From Actinomycetota bacterium (GTDB taxonomy: Bacteria; Actinomycetota; Geothermincolia; Geothermincolales; RBG-13-55-18), in assembly GCA_028697145.1 (NCBI GenBank), contig JAQVFR010000013.1:3500-67499 (forward strand): DNA of 64,000 bases, written 5' to 3'. A model generated the notes under the pieces. It did not search any database, was not told where the DNA came from, and was given only the letters and a program-made list of their open reading frames with translations. Made by a program: the position numbers and the translations under genes. Numbering within the stretch: the stretch's first letter is position 1; each line of letters starts with the position of its first letter. Of the stretch, positions 27,515 to 36,552 are shown piece after piece.

Positions 27515-29257
27515 CTACTCCTCCAACCCGCAATAGGGCGCGTCGCACCCCTGCAGCCAGAGGTCCACGATCATCCCGAACAGTATCGGCACGTCGAGAT
27601 TGGCCTCCCGGTCGACCGCCGCGTCTATGACCGTTACGCGGCCGGACGACACCGCCTCCTCCAGGGCCGGCCTGATCTCATCGGGGCTCTCCACCCTGAT
27701 GCCCTTCGCCCCCATGGACTCGGCCAGTTTATCGAGGCGCGAGTCCCTGAACTCGACCCCGCAGTACCTGCGGTCGAAGGCCGCGTGCTGCGCGCCCTTT
27801 ATCATCCCCCAAGCGCTGTCGTTGGAGACGATGTCTATGATGGGCAGGTCGAGGCGCACGGCAGTCTCGATATCCTGGCAATTGATCATGAAGGAGCCGT
27901 CACCGTGCAGCACGTAGACCGGCCTCTCGGGATTGGCCATTTTCGCGCCCATGGCGTAAGGCAGACCAACGCCCAGTTGCCCGGTGCCCTCGGCGAAAAG
28001 ATAGGAGCGCGGCTCGTACACCCTGCCCGCGATGTTCACCCACAGGGCGGTGTTGCCTCCGTCCATGACCATTATGCCGTCGCGGCCCAGGAACTCGACG
28101 GCATCGGAGATAAGCCGCAGCGGATGGATGGGTTTCGCCTCCGACCTGGCCATCTCCTCATATGCGGCCAGGGCCTGTTCCTCCATCTCGCGGTAGGCGG
28201 CCATGTAATCTCGTGTGGAGACCGGCCCGGTCTCCTCCTTTACCCTGGAGACGATCTGGCGCAAGACCATCGCGGCGTCGCCGATGATCCCGAGGTCGAA
28301 CTGGCGGTTGAGACCGATCACGCTGGGCTCGATATCCACGTAGATGAACTTCTGCACCGCTGGCTCTCCCCACATATTGGGTTTGCCCCAGAAGTCCAGT
28401 TCCGACATGGTGCATCCCACGTTGAGGACCACGTCCGACGTCGATTCCGCCATTATCGCCCCCATGCCCTTGGGGAGGAAGAGAAGGGGGTGGTCCTCCG
28501 GCAGCGTTCCCCGTCCGGACACGCTCGTGGTCACGGGGATCTGCAGATACTCCGCCAGCTCCCTCACCTCGCCCCAGGCCTTGGAGCGCATCACCCCGCC
28601 TCCGGCGTGGATGAGCGGCTTCTCCGCCTCCAGGAGCATCTCCACCGCCCTATCCACCGCGTCGGGATCGCCGCAGGGCTTGACCAGGGTGCGGTAGCGC
28701 TCGGGCGCCAGGAACGCTGACTCGTCGATCTCACCGTTTGCGAAGAGCACGTCGACGTTTATGTCGAGGTGTACCGGCCCGGGCCGACCGCTCGTCGCCT
28801 CGCGGAACGCCCACTGTACCATCTCCGGTATGCGGTCCCAGCGGTTCACCAGGGCGTTCCATTTCGTGATCGGTCTGAACAGGCCGATCTGGTCCAACTG
28901 CTGCTGCGATCCCTTGAACGGGTAGGAGCGGTCGGAGTGGATCTGAGGCGTTATCACCACCATGGGAATGCTGTCGTTGTACGCCGCGTATACCCCCGTC
29001 ACCAGGTTTACGGCGCCGGGGCCCACCGTCCCCGTGCATACTCCTACCATATCCGAGGTCCGTGAGACGGCATCCGCCATGTGCGCCGCCACCGCCTCGT
29101 GGTGGGTCATCACGAACTCCATGCCGTTGGGCACGCCGACGCGAGCTATGGCGTCCGTGAAAGTGCATAACTGCCCTCCCGGTATGCCGAACACCCACTT
29201 CACGCCCTCCTTCAGCAGGGCCCTTACGAGTACCTCTCCCCCGTTCATCAAAGCCAT
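27515..29257 (-). CDS. thiamine pyrophosphate-dependent enzyme (acetolactate synthase-like / sulfoacetaldehyde acetyltransferase-like)
   Basis: 580 aa; N-terminal Pyr domain (GIPGGQL), central domain, and C-terminal TPP-binding motif GDGSFMIN...N. Confidence 0.8.
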   Translation of the reverse strand: MALMNGGEVLVRALLKEGVKWVFGIPGGQLCTFTDAIARVGVPNGMEFVMTHHEAVAAHMADAVSRTSDMVGVCTGTVGPGAVNLVTGVYAAYNDSIPMVVITPQIHSDRSYPFKGSQQQLDQIGLFRPITKWNALVNRWDRIPEMVQWAFREATSGRPGPVHLDINVDVLFANGEIDESAFLAPERYRTLVKPCGDPDAVDRAVEMLLEAEKPLIHAGGGVMRSKAWGEVRELAEYLQIPVTTSVSGRGTLPEDHPLLFLPKGMGAIMAESTSDVVLNVGCTMSELDFWGKPNMWGEPAVQKFIYVDIEPSVIGLNRQFDLGIIGDAAMVLRQIVSRVKEETGPVSTRDYMAAYREMEEQALAAYEEMARSEAKPIHPLRLISDAVEFLGRDGIMVMDGGNTALWVNIAGRVYEPRSYLFAEGTGQLGVGLPYAMGAKMANPERPVYVLHGDGSFMINCQDIETAVRLDLPIIDIVSNDSAWGMIKGAQHAAFDRRYCGVEFRDSRLDKLAESMGAKGIRVESPDEIRPALEEAVSSGRVTVIDAAVDREANLDVPILFGMIVDLWLQGCDAPYCGLEE

Positions 29258-29425
29258 GATCCCCTCCTCACATCCTTTCGAACAGGCCTACGGTATGGAA
29301 GACAATCGTGCGCTCGTTTCGCATCACCCGCCCAGGCGGTGAACTCGTTTAATTATATGCCGTCGTGAACCGCGGAGGACAAGGCATTGCGTCCCTGCGC
29401 CCCTCCCTCGTGCGGGCAGCCCCTC

Positions 29426-30190
29426 TCACCCGAACGCCACGAACAATAACCTTCTCGTCCGCTGCGAAGGCTTCCCGAGGCCCGCGGCGTCCATCGCCTC
29501 CGCGTCCACGAAGCCCGCGCGTTCCAGTTGCTCCAGCACCCAGCCGCAGTCATAGGCACGTTCGAGATGCACCTCAATAACGTCCCTTCCCCTCCCCCCC
29601 GCATCACGGATGATCATGGTCAGGGTGAAGGTCTTTTTTTCCTCGTCCCAGGCGCTCCTCCAGCTCATGCGCCTTCCCTCCACCTCGAATTCCCACGACG
29701 AGGTATCGCTTCCTTCCCGCAGCTGCCAGGCGGTGTTCATGTCGAAAAAGACCGCTCCCCCCGGCAGAAGCGACGCCCGGAAGGACGCCAGGGCGCGCCC
29801 GAAGTCGTCCTCGCACATCAGGTGGTTCAAGGCATCGGTCGCGCAGTTCACGAGGGTCACCCGCCACGGCGGCTGCAGGTACCTCATGTCCTGCTTCACA
29901 TAGCTGATGAGCCTGCCGGGGTTCTTTGCGCACGCCACCCTCAGCATGCACTCAGACAGGTCCGTGGCGAAGACCCGGGCTCCCGAGCGCGCCAGGTGAG
30001 CGGCCGCGAGCCCGGTGCCGCAGGCGACGTCGGCCACGGCGGTAGTATCCAGACCGTATCTCGATCTCAGCCGCTCGAAGTTCTCCTCCCAGTGCTCGAA
30101 GGCGCAGAGGCCGACCATGTCGTCGTAAATGCCGGCCGAGACCGAGTAGGCGGGAACGGCGAATGGCCTTCCTCCCGCTTTGTCGTCCAA
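29426..30190 (-). CDS. class I SAM-dependent methyltransferase
   Basis: 254 aa; motif I VADVACGTGLAA and acidic motif II VFATDLS. Confidence 0.75.
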   Translation of the reverse strand: MDDKAGGRPFAVPAYSVSAGIYDDMVGLCAFEHWEENFERLRSRYGLDTTAVADVACGTGLAAAHLARSGARVFATDLSECMLRVACAKNPGRLISYVKQDMRYLQPPWRVTLVNCATDALNHLMCEDDFGRALASFRASLLPGGAVFFDMNTAWQLREGSDTSSWEFEVEGRRMSWRSAWDEEKKTFTLTMIIRDAGGRGRDVIEVHLERAYDCGWVLEQLERAGFVDAEAMDAAGLGKPSQRTRRLLFVAFG

Positions 30191-30245
30191 CTCGTACCCC
30201 CATGTCCTCGTGTCGCGACGCGGCTGCGCGCGGGAACCCGGCGTG

Positions 30246-30857
30246 TCAATGCGGCATTGCCATTTGCGCCAGATCCTCTCCCATGCTCCTCGCTTTGTCG
30301 ACGGCCCCCTCTACCTTCAGGATGTCCCCCGCTTCATCCACGCCCGCGAAGGTCAGCGAATCCCAGTTCCCAACCCCGATGATGAAGAAGAAGTATGCGA
30401 GGGTGGGCCGCGTGCAGTCAAAGGTCTCGGGCTTGTCGCGGCCGCAGCATGACAGGAAGAAACCCCTGCGCTCCTCCGCGAACACCCTGTCCACCGGCTC
30501 CTTCTCCAGCACGTAGCGTATAGACCACTGGCGCTGGCAGCGGTCGATGAGCGCTTTGGCCTGGGCGCAGATGTTCATGGAGAAGATGGGCGCGGCCATG
30601 GCCACCGCGCCCGCGGCGAAGAGATGAGGGTATATCACCTGCATATCGTCCTGCTGTATACATTCCCCCTCCTTGAAGCAATGGTTGCAGGCGCGGCAGG
30701 GCCGGATGTCCATGGTGGCGGTGTGAAATCGCTCCACGCGCAGGCCGGCATCCTCAGCGCCGCCGGCAAGGGCATCGAGCAGAGTCGCCGTATTCCCCTT
30801 GCGCCGCGGGCTGGTGTACAGCGCCAGCAGATAGCGGTTTCCCTGCCTCATACACAC
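30246..30857 (-). CDS. iron-sulfur flavoprotein / NADPH-dependent FMN reductase family
   Basis: 203 aa; flavodoxin-like fold start LLALYTSPRRKGNT and compact Cys cluster RPCRACNHCFKEGEC, typical of Isf-type proteins. Confidence 0.7.
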   Translation of the reverse strand: MCMRQGNRYLLALYTSPRRKGNTATLLDALAGGAEDAGLRVERFHTATMDIRPCRACNHCFKEGECIQQDDMQVIYPHLFAAGAVAMAAPIFSMNICAQAKALIDRCQRQWSIRYVLEKEPVDRVFAEERRGFFLSCCGRDKPETFDCTRPTLAYFFFIIGVGNWDSLTFAGVDEAGDILKVEGAVDKARSMGEDLAQMAMPH

Positions 30858-30872
30858 CCTCCTTCTCGATCA

Positions 30873-32009
30873 TCATTCCCCGAAGACCCTGCTCACCGCC
30901 TCGGGATCGTCCTTCAGCCCTCCAAACAATCCGTTCAGGGCATCGGCGTCGGCGGCGGTCACCGCCATGCCCTGCAGCGCCCTGAGCTGCGGCCCCATCT
31001 TTTTCTCCCACTTCTCACCGTAACGGGAAAGGGAGTCCTCGCTGAAGTCCCTCTCCTCCAACGCCGCGAGAACGGCCCTCGCAGCGTAGTTGGCCGACCT
31101 CACCGCGGACGCCACGCCTTCCAGGATGAAGGGCTCGACGAAATTTCCCGCGTCTCCCACCAGCACCGCGCCCGCCGCGTAGTTCTTGCCTATCTGGCCC
31201 GCGCTGGGCACCCGCCATCCCGTCCAGTCCGATACGCGTTCCGCTCCGCGCATCTTCTCGCCGTGCGGGCTTTCCGCGACGAACTTCTCGACCATCTCCT
31301 CGGCGTTGAGGGACAGGCGCCCGTATTGAGACATCTGGATGCCCACCCCCATATTGACCACGTCATCGTAACCTGGGTGGGGGGACAGGCAGACGAACCC
31401 GGGGTTGAAGGAGGGATCGTAATGCACCTCCACGTCCCGCAGGGGAGGACTGCATCCCCGCCAGTAAGCCCTCCCCGCCAGGTAGACCTGATCGTAATCG
31501 TCCACGAACAGGCCCAGCCTCTTCGCCACCCAGGAATGAGAGCCGTCGGCTCCGATAACCACGTCGCAGCGGTAGTCCCTGAACTCACCCTGGTATTTTG
31601 CCCTCACTCCACGCACCTGACCGTCCTTCACCACGAGGTCGTGTACCCAGAACTCTTCCCATACCTCCGCGCCCAGCCTCGAGGCGTTCTCCTTTAGGAT
31701 GTTGTCTCCCACGCGGCGGGGACAGGTCAATCCCTTGCCGTTGGCGCCGTAGATGGCGGTGTAGTCGGGGCTCGAGAGGAGCACGCCGGGGTAAACGTAC
31801 CCCGCCTCCAGCAATCGTTCGTAAACTCCCAGTTCCTCGTAGGTACGGGCTCCGAACGGGCCGTAGATGTCGCTGCAGGGCTTCTCCCTGGGGAACCTCT
31901 CCTTGTCGACCAGGAGCACGTCCACTCCCGCCTGGGCCAGCCTGGCGGCCGCGGTGCTGCCGCCGGGTCCCGCCCCGACCACTATCACGTCCCACTGCGC
32001 GCGCATCAC
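30873..32009 (-). CDS. FAD-dependent oxidoreductase, geranylgeranyl reductase family
   Basis: 378 aa; GxGxxG dinucleotide fold (VIVVGAGPGGSTAA), the family-typical PCxx motif (EKPCSDIY) and GDAG motif (VLVGDAGNFVEP). 4-nt ATGA overlap with the upstream gene. Confidence 0.75.
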   Translation of the reverse strand: MMRAQWDVIVVGAGPGGSTAAARLAQAGVDVLLVDKERFPREKPCSDIYGPFGARTYEELGVYERLLEAGYVYPGVLLSSPDYTAIYGANGKGLTCPRRVGDNILKENASRLGAEVWEEFWVHDLVVKDGQVRGVRAKYQGEFRDYRCDVVIGADGSHSWVAKRLGLFVDDYDQVYLAGRAYWRGCSPPLRDVEVHYDPSFNPGFVCLSPHPGYDDVVNMGVGIQMSQYGRLSLNAEEMVEKFVAESPHGEKMRGAERVSDWTGWRVPSAGQIGKNYAAGAVLVGDAGNFVEPFILEGVASAVRSANYAARAVLAALEERDFSEDSLSRYGEKWEKKMGPQLRALQGMAVTAADADALNGLFGGLKDDPEAVSRVFGE

Positions 32010-33814
32010 CTCTCACCCCCCGCTACCGGTGCGCCCATGGTCAGGACGTCGCCGGCCGGGCAGGTCTCCCTGCAGATACCGCAGCCCAGGCACAGATCGT
32101 GGTCGACCTCGATGTACCCGCATCGCATGCAGCGCCTGGCGTCCTCCTCGAGCCTTTCCCGCCCGGGGGGTAGATCCACCTCGCGAAAGGATGCCAGGGC
32201 TTCGCGCGTCTCCAGGTGCGGCAACCGCAGCGGCTCCGCCTTCTCCAGGCGCACCGGGAATATCTTCTCCTCCAGCGGCGCCCGTGAGGGGCTTGCGGCC
32301 TTGCGCGCGTACGACCGGCCCGAGAGATAGGCGTCGACGCTCCGTGCGGCCGTCCTCCCCGAGGACATGGCCTCCACCACCGATCCCTGCCTGTTCACAA
32401 GGTCTCCCGCGGCGAAAATCCCCGGCAGCGAGGTGGAAGCGGTTTCGGGGTCGAACCGCAACGCGCCCGCTGGCGTCGTCTCCAGCCCCATGCGTTTCAG
32501 TTGGGCGGCGTCAACCGCCTGCCCCACCGCGAACACCACGGTATCCACGGGAAGGGTCATGGTCGTGGAATCGTCCAGTTCGGTCGTGAGCCTTCCCGCA
32601 TCGTCGCAGCATATCCGCTCCACGCGCGCCAGCTCGATCGCCTCCGCCTTCATCCAGGAAGAGGTTATGCGCAGCGGGGCGTATCCCGCTATGAGCCCTA
32701 TGCCCTCGCGCCTGGCCTCCTCCATCTCCCAGGCGAGGGCGGGCACCTCGCGCTCCTGTTCGATGCAGACCATGTTCACCTCCAGGGCTCCCTTGCGCAG
32801 GGCAGTGCGCGCCGCGTCCGTCGCCACGCTGCCGCCTCCCACGACCACCACCCTCTCACCCACCTCCAGCGGTTTGCCGCTCTTAACGGAGGCCATGAAA
32901 TCGAGGGCGTTGTATACACCCTGAAAACCGCTGCCGGGTATATCGAGCTTCCTGCCGCGCGTCGCCCCCGTCGCCAGCACTACGGCCTTGAAGCCATCGT
33001 CAAGGAGTTCCCGCAGGGACGGTGAAGTCCCGACACAGGCGCCGCAGACCACCTCGATGCCGCCCGAGAGAGCGCGCGCGAACTCCCTTTCCCATACCTC
33101 GTCGGGCAGGCGGAAGGCGGGCACGGCCAGGCGAAGCATGCCGCCCGGAGCGGGGCCCGCCTCGAAGACGGTCACCCGGTACCCGAATGACGCAAGGTCG
33201 GAGGCGGCGGTCAGCCCCGCCGGTCCCGCCCCGACTACCGCCACCCTCATGTCGATGTTGCGGCGGTAAGCGCGGGCAGAGGCCATGCCGTGCTCATATG
33301 CCCATGACGCTATCTCTCTCTTCATGGCCCTGATGGGCAGCGATCTGTCTATAAGCGCCCCCCGCTTGCATTCCTCCTCGCAGGGCCGGCTGCATATGCG
33401 GCCCAGAACCCCTGGAAGCGGATTGACCGCGTCCACGAGCTTCCACGCCCCCTCCCAGTCACCCCGGGCTATCATGTTCACGTATCCCTCGGGGTAATGG
33501 CCGATGGGGCAGGCGGCCGCGCAGGACCTTGAGGCCAGTCGGAGCATTTCCTCTGGAAACATGATGGGGCCCTGGGCGCAATCCGGGCACAGCCGACATA
33601 TCTGGCGCTGCATCTCCCGTATGGCCCCGGTGGGGCAGACTTCCAGGCAGGTGCCGCAGTTGATGCACCGGTCGCTGTCGACGCGGGGGGAAGCGAGCTT
33701 GCTCAAGGTCCTCCCGGCGCCGTCCGGCCAGCGCAGCGTGAGGTCGATCGCTTGCCGTGTTGCCTCAGCCATGTAAAGAACCTCCCTTACCCCTCCAGGC
33801 GTAGATTTTAACAC
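32006..33814 (-). CDS. GltD/NfnB-like NAD(P)H-dependent FAD oxidoreductase with 4Fe-4S ferredoxin domains
   Basis: 602 aa; N-terminal CxxCxxCxxxCP clusters (CINCGTCLEVCP), a central glutamate-synthase-small-chain-like FAD/NAD(P) fold (VAVVGAGPAGLTAA ... VVVVGGGSVATD) and an extra C-terminal ferredoxin motif (CLGCGICRETCP). Confidence 0.8.
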   Translation of the reverse strand: MLKSTPGGVREVLYMAEATRQAIDLTLRWPDGAGRTLSKLASPRVDSDRCINCGTCLEVCPTGAIREMQRQICRLCPDCAQGPIMFPEEMLRLASRSCAAACPIGHYPEGYVNMIARGDWEGAWKLVDAVNPLPGVLGRICSRPCEEECKRGALIDRSLPIRAMKREIASWAYEHGMASARAYRRNIDMRVAVVGAGPAGLTAASDLASFGYRVTVFEAGPAPGGMLRLAVPAFRLPDEVWEREFARALSGGIEVVCGACVGTSPSLRELLDDGFKAVVLATGATRGRKLDIPGSGFQGVYNALDFMASVKSGKPLEVGERVVVVGGGSVATDAARTALRKGALEVNMVCIEQEREVPALAWEMEEARREGIGLIAGYAPLRITSSWMKAEAIELARVERICCDDAGRLTTELDDSTTMTLPVDTVVFAVGQAVDAAQLKRMGLETTPAGALRFDPETASTSLPGIFAAGDLVNRQGSVVEAMSSGRTAARSVDAYLSGRSYARKAASPSRAPLEEKIFPVRLEKAEPLRLPHLETREALASFREVDLPPGRERLEEDARRCMRCGYIEVDHDLCLGCGICRETCPAGDVLTMGAPVAGGER

Positions 33815-33882
33815 GCTTCGGGCGAGTTGGTTTCCGTGCCGGCGATGATGGGGATTATCCCACGGGGGTCAAGAAGAAAAGC

Positions 33883-34581
33883 TCAGGCCACCGGGCCGGA
33901 AAGCGCCGCCAGCTCCCGGTAGAGCTTGTCCAGTTGCTGCCGCAGTCTCTGATAGTAGCGCCGCTTTTCATCCAGTTCCGAGGACAAGCGGTGCATCGCG
34001 TCCAGCACCTCCCCCTCCTCTTCCTCCAGTTCTCCGAGGCGTAGCCTTATCCTCTCCAGGCTCCTTCCCCTCTCGATGGCGGCCGCCACCTGCTTTATAA
34101 GCGTATTGAGGAGGAACAGGTCGAGCTCGCTGAACGCCTTGTCCTTCTTTGTGTTGAGGTTGAGCACACCGAGCAGCTCACCCTGCTCGACGATGGGAAC
34201 GCTCAACGCATCGCTGACCTTGCGCCGGCTGCGCAGGCGCGGATCCATCAGGTCGTCGAGGAGAAGCATGCCCTCACGGCGCTCGGCGACCAGCCCCGCT
34301 ATCCCCTCGCCCACCTTGCAGCTCGCCTTGCCCACGACGTCCTTGCGTAAGCCGTGTGCGGCCTTGATCACCATGACATCGCCGCCCGCGGGCTCGATGA
34401 GCATAATCGATCCCGAGGTGGCCTCCATCACCTCGACCGCGGCCTTGAGGATGCTTTGCAGCAGGGTATCCAGCCCCTCGAAGGACATGATCTGCTCGTT
34501 TATGCGCCATATCAGGTCGAGTTCCTTTATCTTCTCGATATAGCGCTCTTCTCCGTGCGGTTTATCGTCCTCGCTCATCAC
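33883..34581 (-). CDS. GAF domain protein
   Basis: 232 aa; GAF-like core (GSIMLIEPAGGDVMV ... GEGIAGLV ... SVPIVEQGELLGVLNL) followed by a coiled-coil-like C-terminus. Confidence 0.7.
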   Translation of the reverse strand: MMSEDDKPHGEERYIEKIKELDLIWRINEQIMSFEGLDTLLQSILKAAVEVMEATSGSIMLIEPAGGDVMVIKAAHGLRKDVVGKASCKVGEGIAGLVAERREGMLLLDDLMDPRLRSRRKVSDALSVPIVEQGELLGVLNLNTKKDKAFSELDLFLLNTLIKQVAAAIERGRSLERIRLRLGELEEEEGEVLDAMHRLSSELDEKRRYYQRLRQQLDKLYRELAALSGPVA

Positions 34582-34669
34582 GTGCCTCCGCGAATCGACC
34601 CTGGTACCCCTATTCTCGCCCCTCTGCGGCAGGCGGTAAAGGTGGGGCTTGTGGAAATCCTCTTTCCGC

Positions 34670-35479
34670 CTACCGTGCCCCTGCCCCCTCGGCGAACCTG
34701 CGCCCTGCTATCAACGCCGCGCCCAGGGCGCCGATGACCTGGGGGTCCATGGCCAGTGGCTTGACCTTCACTCCCAGCTTGTTCTCCAGAGCCGCTATCA
34801 ACCCCCTGTTCTTGGCGCCTCCGCCGGATACCGTGACCTGTTCCTCCAACCCCACCTTGCGCACCATGGAAGCCAGGCGCGCCGCGATGGCCTCGTTTAT
34901 GCCGGCGGCTATATCGGAGACCTCGACCCCCTCGTTCAGCAGGGTGATGACCTCGGATTCGGCAAAAACGCTGCACTGGCTGGTTATCTGTGCCGGGTTG
35001 CTCGACTGCAGCGACAGCTCCGAGAGATCGTGCAGCGATATCTCGAGCACGCGCGCCATGGCCTCGAAGAACCTGCCGGTGCCGGCGGCGCACTTGTCGT
35101 TCATGGCGAAATCGACCACCTTCCCTTTGGGGCTGATCTTGATTACCTTGCAATCCTGCCCGCCGATGTCAACCAGCGTGCGGTCCGCGGGATCCAGGTG
35201 AAAAGCTCCCAGCCCGTGGCAGGTTATCTCGGACACGTTCTCTGATGCGAAGGGAATGCGCACGCGGCCATAGCCGGTGCCCACGATATACGCCAGCTCC
35301 TCCCGGGAGGAGAATCCGGCCTCTGCGAGGGCGCCCGCCAGGGATATCTCCGCGGTCGTCTCGGGGCGCACGGCACAGGGCACGATTGAATACCCCAGCA
35401 CCTCTCCGTCCCTCATGATCAGGGCTTTTCCCGTGGTCGAGCCCACGTCGCAACCCGCAACGACCGCTGTGTCGTCCAT
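34670..35479 (-). CDS. CoA-substrate-specific enzyme activase (BadF/BadG/BcrA/BcrD/HgdC ATPase family)
   Basis: 269 aa; acetate/sugar-kinase fold start GCDVGSTTGKALI, cluster-bridging Cys context (CAAGTGRF) and typical size for HgdC-type activators. Confidence 0.8.
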   Translation of the reverse strand: MDDTAVVAGCDVGSTTGKALIMRDGEVLGYSIVPCAVRPETTAEISLAGALAEAGFSSREELAYIVGTGYGRVRIPFASENVSEITCHGLGAFHLDPADRTLVDIGGQDCKVIKISPKGKVVDFAMNDKCAAGTGRFFEAMARVLEISLHDLSELSLQSSNPAQITSQCSVFAESEVITLLNEGVEVSDIAAGINEAIAARLASMVRKVGLEEQVTVSGGGAKNRGLIAALENKLGVKVKPLAMDPQVIGALGAALIAGRRFAEGAGAR

Positions 35480-35683
35480 ATCGCCTCCCGTCTCCTTTCT
35501 CGTGCTTCCGCCCGCCCTGAACCCGACTGTAATTCTACCAGAAGCGGCCCGCGCAAGAGCCCGGGTGCGGATGCCGCATCGCGATGCCGCACGTCACCGG
35601 TGGGTGATACTATGTTGGCATGGAGGAATCGATTGCGGTTGCGTTGAATAGTGGTCTTAACGCAGAGAGGGTATGGAGTTGAC

Positions 35684-36346
35684 ATGGACGTTACCTTCAT
35701 AGAGGCTAGAGATCTGCCGGACGCATGGTTCCAATGCGTGTACGGCATCTTCGAGAACGGCAGGGAATACCGTATCGACCGCGGCAGCTTCCAGGGCAAC
35801 CTGCGCAAGGAATTCGACTTCGTCGTCGTGAAGATCCGCTTCCCGGAAACGCGCCCCCTTATCCCCGACATCCCACCGGGGATCGGCCTACCGCCGCCGA
35901 CGGACATGGAATACGTGCACGAATACCTCGAAAAACTCTGCTCGTCCTGCTCAAAGGCGGAGAACGAGGACTACACCTACGGCATGTACCTCGAGGAGCA
36001 GATACAGGAGGTCATACGCATCTACCGCGAGGAAGGTTTCGGTACCAACCAGGCCTGCATGGCAGTATGTGACCCCGGCGCCATCTACCTCGAGGATCCG
36101 CCCTGTCTGCGGCAGATAGACACCCGCATCTACCCCGAGGAGCGCAAGCTGCACTTCATAGTCTATTTCCGTTCCTGGGACCTCTGGGCCGGTTTCCCCA
36201 GCAACCTTGCGGGCATCCAGCTCCTCAAGGAATTCATGGCGGACGAGATAGGAGTGCAGCCCGGAGAGACGCTGGCCCTCTCCAAGGGAATGCACCTCTA
36301 TGATTATGCCTGGGACATAGCCAAGGCCAGACTGGGCAAGTCCTGA
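35684..36346 (+). CDS. thymidylate synthase superfamily protein (short, archaeal/methanogen-like ThyA type)
   Basis: About 220 aa. Aligns by eye to the ThyA catalytic core: DPPCLRQ vs LAPCHAF (active-site Cys), FRSWDLWAGFPSNLAGIQLL vs RSCDVFLGLPFNIASYALL, GMHLYDYA vs GDTHLYSNH. Start at the ATG with GGAG 7 nt upstream. Confidence 0.7.
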   Translation: MDVTFIEARDLPDAWFQCVYGIFENGREYRIDRGSFQGNLRKEFDFVVVKIRFPETRPLIPDIPPGIGLPPPTDMEYVHEYLEKLCSSCSKAENEDYTYGMYLEEQIQEVIRIYREEGFGTNQACMAVCDPGAIYLEDPPCLRQIDTRIYPEERKLHFIVYFRSWDLWAGFPSNLAGIQLLKEFMADEIGVQPGETLALSKGMHLYDYAWDIAKARLGKS

Positions 36347-36552
36347 GGATAAGCGTAAGGGCTTGTCCTCCTGCATGGAACCCGCCGGGCTCATCCGTAA
36401 CGGTCGCCGCAGGCCCTGACCTCCGGCGCGGCCATCAACTATTCGCACCGCGATGACTTCCTATATAATTATGGCTATCGCGACGCCGGAAAGCCGCGGT
36501 TTCAGCCGAGATCCATGTCGCCCTGGGACAACAGAGAAAAGGAGGTCGTACC

